From a virus (Duplodnaviria; Caudoviricetes): a stretch of DNA of 51,957 nt. A model generated the notes under the pieces. The model was given only the letters and a program-made list of their open reading frames with translations. It ran no database searches and had not been told where the DNA came from. Position numbers and translations under genes: made by a program. Position 1 is the stretch's first letter. The number at the start of each line of letters is the position of its first letter. Below, one piece after another: positions 38,612 to 47,699 of the stretch. The stretch lies in the IMG/VR virus record IMGVR_UViG_3300022743_000007, positions 1 to 51,957 of that record; one strand, 5' to 3'.

Positions 38612-40084
38612 ATGGATCGTTCATATGCATCCGGAGCTGCAGGCAGCGCCCCGGCCGCGCCGGCCAGTCCGTCGATCGGCTACCCGACTGCCGGCAACCC
38701 TGGAACTGGAACGCCAGCCACCAAGCCTGGTCCGTACTGGTACCACCAAATTACCGAAGAGTTGCTGGCGATTATTTCGGCGGCTGGTATCACGCCAGCG
38801 CAGGGAACGCTAACGCAATTGGCGTCGGCTATTCAGTCTGGAAAGTTGTTTTCTTCGGCTGCAGGCGGGACCCCCGATGCCCTGACCGCAAGCTTTGTTC
38901 CGACTGTTTCGTCATTGATTAATGGTATGTCGCTGTATGTCCGTGCTGGGTCGGCCAATGTCACGACCACGCCGACCTTCACGCCGGCAAGCGGCACCAT
39001 CGCAGCCAAGACCATCGTCAAGGGCGCAGGTGGGACACTTTCTGCTGGCGACATTGCAGGGGGCGGGCACTGGATCGAGTTGCAATACGACCAGGTGCTG
39101 GATAAGTGGGTGCTGCTCAACCCAGCGACAGGCATCATGGGAAGCTCTTCTGGAACAATCAGCGTAAGTTTCCGAAACCGCATCATCAATGGAGACATGC
39201 GTATTGACCAGAGAAACGCAGGTGTGCCGCAGACATTCACTGCTGCCGCTGCGGTTGCCTATTGCGTTGATCGTTTCTATGCATCCTGCTCCGGCGCCAA
39301 TGTTGTCGGGCAACGCGTTGCCGGGTCAGGGAGTGATCAATACCTTTATCAATTTACTGGCGCCGTTTCCGTCACCAGCATCTTGTTTGGGCAGCGCATT
39401 GAAGCGACAAACATCTATGACCTCGCCAATACGACATGCTCGTTCTCTGTGGAACTCTCCAACTCAGCATTAACGAGTGTGGTCTGGACGGCTTATTACC
39501 CAACATCATCAGACAACTATACTAGCAAGACTCAAATCGCGACCGGAAGTTTTAGCGTTAATTCCACGCTAGCCAAATATGCTGCGCAAATTAGTTTGCC
39601 GTCAGGCGCTCAAAACGGCTTGTGTATCGAGTTGAGCGTTGCTGGGCAGACAAGTGGTACGTGGAAGATAGGTCAGTTTCAGTTTGAGTCCGGGAGTAAC
39701 CCATCAGCCTTCGAACGTAGGCATGTCTGGTACGAACTCGGTCAATGTCAGCGCTACTACGAAAAGAGTTACGAGGCTGGTGTAACTCCTGGAAGCGCCA
39801 CTCGAGTTGGGATTGTGAATATAGGTGCGCTATTCAATGCTTCTGCGCAATATCTTGGTGCCGAATTCAAAGTACCTAAACGTATTGCGCCCTCAACAAT
39901 GTCTTACTGGGACGGAGGAGGAAATCCCAACAAGGCTTGCTACAACTCTGGTGGAACATGGTACGACAACGGGATCGTTGTAGCTGCGTACAACACGAGT
40001 ACACGAAACTTCTACGTTAGCTGCTCTGGGCAGTCAGGCTATGCGCAGAATTTTCTACATTTCAATGCTGATGCGGAGCTCTAA
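38612..40084 (+). CDS. Tail fibre / receptor-binding protein
   Basis: AGGAG RBS at ATG 38612; N-terminal PATKPG...QLASAI anchor; FRNRIINGDMRIDQR...ELGQCQRYYE...ADAEL distal domain. Confidence 0.85.
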   Translation: MDRSYASGAAGSAPAAPASPSIGYPTAGNPGTGTPATKPGPYWYHQITEELLAIISAAGITPAQGTLTQLASAIQSGKLFSSAAGGTPDALTASFVPTVSSLINGMSLYVRAGSANVTTTPTFTPASGTIAAKTIVKGAGGTLSAGDIAGGGHWIELQYDQVLDKWVLLNPATGIMGSSSGTISVSFRNRIINGDMRIDQRNAGVPQTFTAAAAVAYCVDRFYASCSGANVVGQRVAGSGSDQYLYQFTGAVSVTSILFGQRIEATNIYDLANTTCSFSVELSNSALTSVVWTAYYPTSSDNYTSKTQIATGSFSVNSTLAKYAAQISLPSGAQNGLCIELSVAGQTSGTWKIGQFQFESGSNPSAFERRHVWYELGQCQRYYEKSYEAGVTPGSATRVGIVNIGALFNASAQYLGAEFKVPKRIAPSTMSYWDGGGNPNKACYNSGGTWYDNGIVVAAYNTSTRNFYVSCSGQSGYAQNFLHFNADAEL

Positions 40085-40086
40085 CC

Positions 40087-40386
40087 ATGTTCAAACTCAA
40101 TATAGAGGGAACGTTTGCCAACAAGATTGGAACGGGCGAATGGCACGACGTTGAAAGTTCGCTGGAGTTTCTGAATTGGGTAGCAGGCGGAAATACACCA
40201 GAACCCTATGATCCACCTACCCTCGTGCAATTGGCCATGCAACGTCGGCAGGAAATTCTTATATCGCTTAATGCGATCGATGCAAAAAGCATACGCGCAC
40301 TCCGTGAAAACGACCAGACTCGGCTTGCTGAACTTGAGGAGCAGGCAAAGAAATTGCGCAATAAGCTTAATGAAGTGCAGTTATGA
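40087..40386 (+). CDS. Putative tail fibre assembly chaperone
   Basis: FLNWVAGGNTPEP motif, coiled-coil C-terminus, follows the fibre. Confidence 0.7.
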   Translation: MFKLNIEGTFANKIGTGEWHDVESSLEFLNWVAGGNTPEPYDPPTLVQLAMQRRQEILISLNAIDAKSIRALRENDQTRLAELEEQAKKLRNKLNEVQL

Positions 40387-40581
40387 GCGATCCAACGCAT
40401 TCTCTCCCATTCAGGGTAAATCAACCGGATGGTGCAATCTGACGCGACGGCCAGCGGTGCATTCTTGGCGGCTGCGGAAGAGTGCCGCAATGACGTCTTT
40501 ACATAGTCTTGGTCACTGAAGAATGCGCTGACCTGACTTATTTCCGGCCTCGACAAGGGCCGCCTCATCGTTTTAACCACG

Positions 40582-40617
40582 CGGTCATCGGAGAGCATTC
40601 CGGCGGCCGTTTTTTTT
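40582..40617 (+). terminator. Intrinsic terminator before the lysis cassette
   Basis: Imperfect stem CGGTCATCGGA/TCCGGCGGCCG followed by 8 T. Confidence 0.6.
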
Positions 40618-40628
40618 GGAGAGGTTAA

Positions 40629-41000
40629 ATGCCAGAACCAACCAGTAGTGGAGTTGCAGGTGCTGCCGCCTTTAAGGCAGTCGGAGGTGCGGCAGCCGGA
40701 GGAGCGCTGCTTGCCACCATTGTCGTGATGTTGATGACGCCGCCCCGATCCAGTCGAGAATGGGCCGTTGGGGTGATCAGTACTGTGGTTACCGGCATTG
40801 GCGGTGGGGCCATCACCGTCGAGTATTTTGGGTTGCAGGGCTGGGTGCATTCGGTAACAGGACTTGCTGCCTTGGGTGGCTTGATATTCGGCTGTGGCCT
40901 GCCTGGATGGGCCATCGTGCGCTGGGTATTCAATTTCATCGAGAAAAACCGTGATGCTGGAATCGATGAGATTGCACACGACATGAAGGAGATACTGTAA
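40629..41000 (+). CDS. Putative holin
   Basis: About three hydrophobic segments, charged C-terminus, directly upstream of the endolysin. Confidence 0.72.
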   Translation: MPEPTSSGVAGAAAFKAVGGAAAGGALLATIVVMLMTPPRSSREWAVGVISTVVTGIGGGAITVEYFGLQGWVHSVTGLAALGGLIFGCGLPGWAIVRWVFNFIEKNRDAGIDEIAHDMKEIL

Positions 41001-41461
41001 TGAACGCTCAGGACTTCATCAAGCTCATTGGCCCAGCCGCACAAGCTTCGGCCAAAGCGACCGGCGTGCCTGCAAGTTTCACCGTAGCAGAGGCAGCGCT
41101 TGAATCGGGATGGGGTGCGTCACAGCTTGCCACTCTAGGAATGAACCTGTTCGGTGTGAAGGCCGACCCGTCTTGGCACGGCGATGTCTTGACACTGAAC
41201 ACTCGGGAGTTTCTGCACGGCACCTGGGTTATGGTGCCTGCGCGTTGGCGCAAGTACGCCGATTGGCAGACGTGCATGGACGATCACGCGGCGTTCTTGC
41301 ACCAGAACCGCCGATACGAATCATGTTTTTTGTGCGCGACCGGTGACGCCTTCGCCAAGGCGGTGGCGCAGGCTGGATACGCGACAGATCCTGATTATGC
41401 GGCCAAGCTCACGTCCATTATCGACCGGCACAAGTTAGTCAATTTGGACGGGGTGGCGTGA
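41000..41461 (+). CDS. Endolysin, GH73 glucosaminidase/FlgJ-like
   Basis: AALESGWG, NLFGVKA, GYATDPDYAAKL. Confidence 0.92.
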   Translation: MNAQDFIKLIGPAAQASAKATGVPASFTVAEAALESGWGASQLATLGMNLFGVKADPSWHGDVLTLNTREFLHGTWVMVPARWRKYADWQTCMDDHAAFLHQNRRYESCFLCATGDAFAKAVAQAGYATDPDYAAKLTSIIDRHKLVNLDGVA

Positions 41462-41994
41462 TGTTTCCGATTCTGAACGTTCTAGCTGCGTTTCCATGGC
41501 GGTTGATTGCCATTGGTGCGCTTGCTGCAGTCATATTCGTCGGTGGATGCCAATTTGGGGAGAACCGTGTTGCCGCCAAGTGGGGCGCGGAAAAACTCGC
41601 GGTTGCTCAGGTCGTTGCCAAACAGGCAGACAAAACTGCCTCCATCAACGCGCAGGAATCCGCTATCAATCAGGAGATTTCAAATGAATTTCAGAAAACC
41701 AAAGCTGCCATTGCCACCAATGGCCGCGATTTGCTTGCCCGTGTTCCTGTGCGCGTGCGCGTCGACGCCGCAGGTCGTGACAGCGCCGTGCCCAGCGTTC
41801 CCGACAGTCCCAGCCGATCTGCTTCAGTCACCACCAACGCTATACCTGCTGCCGAGCAACCATCAGGCAACGCCACCTGCGAAAAACTAGCCGAAGATGC
41901 GGCTCAAACGACGCTGATTCTGGTGGAATTGCAGCGGTGGTATCAGGAGCAAGCAGCGGCATTTTCGAGCCCAACTTCTTCTACGTGGCACTGA
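41458..41994 (+). CDS. Rz-like inner-membrane spanin
   Basis: N-terminal TM helix then coiled-coil; follows the endolysin. Confidence 0.72.
   Translation: MMFPILNVLAAFPWRLIAIGALAAVIFVGGCQFGENRVAAKWGAEKLAVAQVVAKQADKTASINAQESAINQEISNEFQKTKAAIATNGRDLLARVPVRVRVDAAGRDSAVPSVPDSPSRSASVTTNAIPAAEQPSGNATCEKLAEDAAQTTLILVELQRWYQEQAAAFSSPTSSTWH
41684..41890 (+). CDS. Rz1-like outer-membrane lipoprotein spanin nested in Rz
   Basis: +1 frame; signal peptide with lipobox LCA-C, Pro-rich mature part PCPAFPTVPADLL; alternative start 41720. Confidence 0.7.
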   Translation: MNFRKPKLPLPPMAAICLPVFLCACASTPQVVTAPCPAFPTVPADLLQSPPTLYLLPSNHQATPPAKN

Positions 41995-42182
41995 CATGGT
42001 GCTGGCTTTGGGCTGAGAGGTGTGAGCGCTTCAACACATCGATCGACGATGTTTGTAAACCCAAAATCACATGGATCGTCTGTGCATGCGCCTATGTCGC
42101 CGGCAACTAACAATCACGCATGTTGCACGACAATAAATGCCCGCAAAACACTGCAGGCATCATTTGTCGCAGCCTACTTGAA

Positions 42183-44003
42183 TTACTTTACTTTAGTGAG
42201 CAAGAAGCGATCAATGCAAAGTACATCGATGTCAGTTGAAAGGAAGCATCTTATTGCGTCCTCCGGGGTTTCGACGATAGGTTCACCGGCGACGTTAAAC
42301 GATGTCTCCAACACCATAGGTATGCCTGTGCGCTTGTCGAATGCCTTTATCAAGTCGTAGTAAGGCGCATTGACATCTCTGGTGACGGTTTGCACTCGTG
42401 CTGTGTTATCCACGTGTGTAATTGCAGGCACCAACTCTCCCTTGCCTGGTTTTACGTAGGCTGCCAGAAGCATGAAGGGCGCATCGACGTCTAACTCGAA
42501 GAATTCGCTAGAACGCTCAGCAAGGACTGACGGTGTGAAGGGGCGGAAGCTTTCCCGAAATTTCACTCTCGAGTTGAGAATGTCTTTCATGTCATGACGT
42601 CGTGGATCGGCAATGATGCTTCGATTGCCCAGTGCCCTTGGTCCAAATTCACTTCGCCCTTGATACCAACTCGTAATCTGTCCTGCCTCTATGGCAGCTG
42701 CCATAACGTCATAAAGTTCGGCTAGGTCGTCGAACTCCTTGATCACGATAGAGCTATCGCCCTTGCGGGCTTCAACCGCTTTGCGGATTTCTGCCTCTGA
42801 GTACAACTTGCCAAGTGAATCTGTCGTCGCGACATATTTTCTTGGATTGTTTTGAAGTTGATTGTAGGCATGGAGGGCTTGCCCTACCGCCAAACCATTG
42901 TCACCGGAATTCGGATGGATAAAAATATTGTCAAATTTGGATCGTGCCAAGACTTGATAATTCGCCACGCAATTCAACCCTACGCCGCCTGCGATGCAAA
43001 GGTTCTTGCTGCCCGTATTCTCGTAAAGCCAGTCAGCAAGATATACCATCACATCTTCTGTTAGCTTCTGCACTGCGAAAGCTAGATCCTTGTGAACATC
43101 TGTGAACTCCTCACCCTTCTGCTTTCTTTTGAACTGTCTCAAAAAGCGGCCATAGGAAGGAAGTTTGTAGAGCACCTTTTCAGGCATAAACCCACGCTTG
43201 ATGAGTTTGACCGGATGCCGTATGTCGAAGTCGAGGGTGTCAAATTCCAATTCGTTTTTTAGGGTGTCGTAATACGTGGATTTTCCATAGGGTGCGAGTC
43301 CCATGGTTTTTCCCTCTTCGTTTGTTTCGAACCCCGCCGCCTTTGTAAAGGCCGCATACATGCCGCCAAGGCTGTATCTGACTGGTAGATCCCTGAGTAT
43401 TTCTATGGAGTTACCCTTACCATACGCCAGGCATCCGGATAACTGATCGCCACCAGTTCGCGCGAGAGGCACTCCTTGCCCATCGACCACCATGATGGCA
43501 GCCTCTTCAAAAGGCGATGGGAGAAACGCTTGGCATGCGTGAGAGAAATGATGCTCCGGAACAATAAATTCAATATTCGGATTGCGATCCTTAAAGAATT
43601 TCCGGGCGCTCTCGTTATATCGGTAGCTATAAACCACGCAGGTTACGTCGCTTAATGAAATGCCTCCCGCATCTAGCAGGTAGTCGAGCAAGAGGTTGAA
43701 TTTTTCCAGCTTATGAAAATCGACATTCGAGTAGTCCCCCTCGAAATCGAAAGGAAGATCCAGATGTTCCTGATAGACCTTCGGGTCACTGGTCCAGCCG
43801 AATGTCTCCAGGTCCACCTTGGTAATTGGCAATAAAATGTCATTTTTTACTCGGGTCAATCTTTCAAGACTTGTGGCAACAGTAACTACACCATCAAGAC
43901 ACACGACCCCACTGAAGCCGTGACCACTTAGAGTAAAACTCAGTATGCAATTTCTCTTCATTTTCTTACCCACATCTTTCCGATTTGTGAATGGTTGACC
44001 CAT
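42183..44003 (-). CDS. O-carbamoyltransferase, NodU/CmcH/TobZ family
   Basis: EHHFSHA, VVDGQG, EGKTMGLAPYG, GGVGLNCVAN, GRSEFGPRALGNRS, KFRESFRPF, HVDNTARVQTV; alternative start 43961. Confidence 0.93.
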   Translation of the reverse strand: MGQPFTNRKDVGKKMKRNCILSFTLSGHGFSGVVCLDGVVTVATSLERLTRVKNDILLPITKVDLETFGWTSDPKVYQEHLDLPFDFEGDYSNVDFHKLEKFNLLLDYLLDAGGISLSDVTCVVYSYRYNESARKFFKDRNPNIEFIVPEHHFSHACQAFLPSPFEEAAIMVVDGQGVPLARTGGDQLSGCLAYGKGNSIEILRDLPVRYSLGGMYAAFTKAAGFETNEEGKTMGLAPYGKSTYYDTLKNELEFDTLDFDIRHPVKLIKRGFMPEKVLYKLPSYGRFLRQFKRKQKGEEFTDVHKDLAFAVQKLTEDVMVYLADWLYENTGSKNLCIAGGVGLNCVANYQVLARSKFDNIFIHPNSGDNGLAVGQALHAYNQLQNNPRKYVATTDSLGKLYSEAEIRKAVEARKGDSSIVIKEFDDLAELYDVMAAAIEAGQITSWYQGRSEFGPRALGNRSIIADPRRHDMKDILNSRVKFRESFRPFTPSVLAERSSEFFELDVDAPFMLLAAYVKPGKGELVPAITHVDNTARVQTVTRDVNAPYYDLIKAFDKRTGIPMVLETSFNVAGEPIVETPEDAIRCFLSTDIDVLCIDRFLLTKVK

Positions 44004-44033
44004 TGGTCAACCGAGCAGCAGTGTTAGTGTTAT

Positions 44034-45344
44034 TCAGTGCAATGTTCGCGATCCAGGGATGGCGTCATTGCTGACAGACTCGTGCGAGTCGTATGCAACG
44101 CTGTATGAATCATCTGTGTGAATTGTAAACTTCTCGTCTGTGCTAGCACAGCCTCTTGCCTTGCGGGCCTCATCCAAATTTGCACGAATAGTCGTTGTAA
44201 GTTCGTGGTGAGGTCCAAAGATCTTTTCACGTATTACCAGGGCGCGGCGCCATAAGCTTTCTGCTTCAAGATGACCATGGGCCGCCTGGAGCAACTGCGC
44301 CAGATTGCTGAGGCTGTTAGCCGTGACTGAGTGATCTGGCCCAAGCGTCATTTCATTGATTGCCAATGCCTGACGAAATAGTGACTCGGCCTCGGATGTT
44401 CGACCTTGCGAGCGATAGAGCACTGCCAAATTGCTCATGGTAACGGCAGTGTCTGGGTGGTTCTTTCCGAAAACATCTGTGCAGATTGCTACTGCGCGCG
44501 ACAAGAGTGGCTCCGCCTCAGAAAGTCTGCCTTGGTTTTCGTATACATTTGCCAAGCAATTTAAAGTCGCAGCAACATCAGGATGACTAGACCCTAAACT
44601 TCGACTAAGGACGCTGAGAGCGTGCAATAAGAGCGGTTCTGCCTCTGCATACCGCCCTTGATTGACATAGAGGACCGCCAGATTGTTTTCCGTTCTTGCA
44701 GTATCGAGATGATCTGGCCCATTCACTTTTGTTCGGCTGGCCAGCACTCGTAATAACGGTGGCTCTGCTTCAGCAGATTTGCCTTGTGAATTAAATAGCA
44801 GTGACAGATTGCTGAGGATTAGCAAAGTATCCGGATGCTCAGAGCCCAATGCCTTCTCTGTGATTGACAGGGCTCTCAGAAGCAACGGAGCAGCCTCGTC
44901 GTAGCGCCCCAATAGCCGATAGAGCATCGCTAGGTTACTTATTGCGGTAGCAGTTTCGGGGTGATCAGACCCGAGGTTCTTCTCTCGACTTTTTAGTACA
45001 CGCAATAAGAGAGGCGTGGCGTCTTCGTATTGAGCTTTTGACGCGAAAAGAACAGACAGGTTGTTGATCGTTGTTAGCGTATCCGGATGATCAGGTCCCA
45101 AGGTTTTTTCCCGGATAGCCAAGACACGCAACAGCAAAGGTTCTGCATCCGCGTATCGACCGTTTGTAAAGAGCAGAACGGCCAGTTCGCTTAGTATTGC
45201 TAAGGTCTCAGGGTGCTCTGGCCCCAACACCTTTTCACGAATTGCTAATTCCTTTTGAAAACGAATCTCCGCCGGCATACCCCACCCAAAAAGGAACGGA
45301 GCCCTAAGTACCTGCAAGCGTAAAGAATCCCAATAGTTAATCAA
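44034..45344 (-). CDS. Tetratricopeptide-repeat protein (42-aa kinesin-light-chain-type repeats)
   Basis: Eight full and one partial LGxxHPxT..NLA.LY..QGRY.EAEPLL repeat; probable TTG start at 45344 overlapping the upstream stop (ATG 45278 alternative). Confidence 0.88.
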   Translation of the reverse strand: MINYWDSLRLQVLRAPFLFGWGMPAEIRFQKELAIREKVLGPEHPETLAILSELAVLLFTNGRYADAEPLLLRVLAIREKTLGPDHPDTLTTINNLSVLFASKAQYEDATPLLLRVLKSREKNLGSDHPETATAISNLAMLYRLLGRYDEAAPLLLRALSITEKALGSEHPDTLLILSNLSLLFNSQGKSAEAEPPLLRVLASRTKVNGPDHLDTARTENNLAVLYVNQGRYAEAEPLLLHALSVLSRSLGSSHPDVAATLNCLANVYENQGRLSEAEPLLSRAVAICTDVFGKNHPDTAVTMSNLAVLYRSQGRTSEAESLFRQALAINEMTLGPDHSVTANSLSNLAQLLQAAHGHLEAESLWRRALVIREKIFGPHHELTTTIRANLDEARKARGCASTDEKFTIHTDDSYSVAYDSHESVSNDAIPGSRTLH

Positions 45345-47289
45345 CGTGAGTCCCGCTGCTAGTCTGACTAAATATTCGCTTGGCCAAGAAATATGCACCA
45401 GGCTCAGTTAAGTGCATGGTGTCAAAGGACGAGAGATCGCGCCAGTCTTCACCAACGCGGGTCATGCACGCTTTCCCATCACAAAAAATGTTCATCGCCG
45501 AGATGTAGTCCACGCCGAGCACTTGGATTTTGGCAGCCATTTCCTTATCGAAGACAAATGAGTCTGCATCAAAGCCCTTGGATGACATCGCCGGAGTTGG
45601 AATCTCCTTATGAATGGTCCATTCTGCAAAAATTTGTTTTGGAAGTTGCGGCCTCCAGAGAGGCAATGGTCCAACGATAATGATTCGCTTCACACCTTGA
45701 GATTGCAAAAAGGCTACCGTTTTTGCAAGCAAGTCAGGAACATTGAAATCTGTATCGTATCCAGCATATTTTGTGTACTTGATCCAGTAGCCAGATAACA
45801 CAACTGTCTCTGGCTTGAGGTCAGTGATTTTTTTGGTTACGAACTGATTTACGCTGCGGCAGTGCTTGTTATTTGGGTCGTCAAAATCAAGAAATGGGGG
45901 ACAGTTGCTAGTGGTGTATTGAGCCAGTATGCGCCCCTGTTCCGCTTGAACTTTAGCTAGACCTGGGTAGAAGCTCCCTGCGATTGAGTCACCCCAAAGC
46001 AGCATCGATCCGGCTCGCTGTTTGGCAACATCACCGCTACAGATTTCGGCGAAATCATGTTCGTAGTCTGCAGCCTTCAGATTGAAGCATGTTCCAGAAC
46101 GCCAAGCACCCACCAAGTCAAAGGTCTTTTCATATCGAATAATGTTGGCGACGTAGTCGGGAAACCGTTTTGCATAGCCTGCGGATTGGTAAGTTGCAGC
46201 GCCCATGCAGCCGATGCTGAAAATCAGCACTGACAAAGCGATCGGCACCTTCCGATTCGTCTTAAGCATTCCGCTCCGGACGGGCTGTTCAAAGCATTTG
46301 TATGTCAGGTAAGAAAGCACAAATGCAACGATGGTGGCAACTACTCTAGACTTGAAGTCGTATCCGGCTATTCTGGTAAAGGCAAATAGGGGCCAATGCC
46401 AAAGATAAAGTGGGTAGCTTATTAATCCCACAAAGACCATAGGCTGGCTGCTCAATATCTGCTTATTTACTATTGCATTGGGGCCGGCGTAAATCAGCAG
46501 TGCAGCGCCAAGAACTGGCAGTAGAGCCCACCATCCTGGAAAATCCATGGCTTTGTTCAATCCAAATACTGCAGCCAGAATCAGAACGGTGCCAACAATA
46601 GAAATAGCATGTCGGCCATTCTTTGAAACAGCAAATTGGTGATTTGAAATTGATAGCCAAGCGAGTCCGCCACCCACCAGTAGTTCCCAAAAACGGGAAA
46701 CTGGCAAATAGAAAGCATTAGCAGGTTCAGACTGAATAAGAAGGATATTTAAGGCAAATGACGCCACGAGCGCGATAACGATAACTCGCCCAAAATTTCC
46801 AAGGAATCTCCAGGACAACAGCAATACGACTGGCCAGACCACATAAAACTGTTCCTCGACCCCAAGTGACCAAAGATGAAGTAACGGCTTTAATTCACTA
46901 GCGGTGTCAAAGTATCCAGTCTCTAACCAATACCCTATGTTCGCGACGAAACCTGCGCCCGCTGCTATGTGTTTTCCGAGGGATTCATAATCGGAGGGCT
47001 CTAGCCAGATATAACCAGCAGCCCAAGTTGAAGCAAGGACGAGAATTAATGCTGGAAAAATGCGCCGAATTCGCCTGCTGTAGAAATGCCAAAAGGAGAA
47101 AGTTCCATCTTTCAGTTCAGAAAGGATGATTTTCGATATTAAATAGCCGGAAATCACAAAAAAGATGTCGACGCCGACAAACCCGCCGGATAATAGGCGA
47201 GAACTGGCATGGAAAGCGACGACGGACAGGACCGCGACGGCGCGCAATCCGTCGATATCGGCCCTATATTTCAAGGAAGGGTTGCTCAT
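45337..47289 (-). CDS. Acyltransferase_3 + SGNH O-acyltransferase (OafA/OatA-like)
   Basis: YRADIDGLRAVAV, GVDIFFVISGYL, FYSRRIRRIFP, HLWSLGVEEQFY, many TM helices; SGNH-type WGDS and DTMH. Confidence 0.93.
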   Translation of the reverse strand: MSNPSLKYRADIDGLRAVAVLSVVAFHASSRLLSGGFVGVDIFFVISGYLISKIILSELKDGTFSFWHFYSRRIRRIFPALILVLASTWAAGYIWLEPSDYESLGKHIAAGAGFVANIGYWLETGYFDTASELKPLLHLWSLGVEEQFYVVWPVVLLLSWRFLGNFGRVIVIALVASFALNILLIQSEPANAFYLPVSRFWELLVGGGLAWLSISNHQFAVSKNGRHAISIVGTVLILAAVFGLNKAMDFPGWWALLPVLGAALLIYAGPNAIVNKQILSSQPMVFVGLISYPLYLWHWPLFAFTRIAGYDFKSRVVATIVAFVLSYLTYKCFEQPVRSGMLKTNRKVPIALSVLIFSIGCMGAATYQSAGYAKRFPDYVANIIRYEKTFDLVGAWRSGTCFNLKAADYEHDFAEICSGDVAKQRAGSMLLWGDSIAGSFYPGLAKVQAEQGRILAQYTTSNCPPFLDFDDPNNKHCRSVNQFVTKKITDLKPETVVLSGYWIKYTKYAGYDTDFNVPDLLAKTVAFLQSQGVKRIIIVGPLPLWRPQLPKQIFAEWTIHKEIPTPAMSSKGFDADSFVFDKEMAAKIQVLGVDYISAMNIFCDGKACMTRVGEDWRDLSSFDTMHLTEPGAYFLAKRIFSQTSSGTHVD

Positions 47290-47471
47290 ACTGAAATCCA
47301 AAGTCAATCGCCGTTCGGCGGTGCCCCACATAAGGGAGCAAGTTTACTTTGGGGCCGCCAATTGCCACCCCTCGGCTCGCTTTTTCGCGTAGTCAAATGG
47401 TTTGTGGACCGGGCGACGGCGTCTATGAGCGATAAACGCACCATTTTACTTCGATCTTCAACCTCAGGGAA

Positions 47472-47501
47472 GCTTTATGCCTGTAGGCTTTATGCCTGTA
47501 G
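47472..47501. repeat. Perfect 15-bp tandem duplication
   Basis: GCTTTATGCCTGTAG x2, with a partly complementary CCTACAAAGC at about 47519-47528. Confidence 0.85.
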
Positions 47502-47699
47502 GATTCTTGCTCCGGAAACCTACAAAGCGACATGGCCGTCTCACATGTTGCCGCTGTTGAAAACGGAATGTTGAGCGTGATTAGCGACCGACCTCAGTCA
47601 GGCTCAACTGGAGAGCTGGCTAGGGGCTGAAAGTTGGTTGTACTGACCGCCGTGGCTGCGTTCACTCTGTTGCGCTGACCCAAGAATGGAGAAGTAAGA

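Noticed and set aside
39880-40084. AAC/TAC-rich tail fibre tip as a diversity-generating retroelement variable region
   Set aside because: No reverse transcriptase and no template repeat found by eye in the window.
38612-40628. Mu/P1-type invertible tail fibre cassette
   Set aside because: No Gin-like invertase, no inverted alternative fibre gene and no flanking inverted repeats seen.
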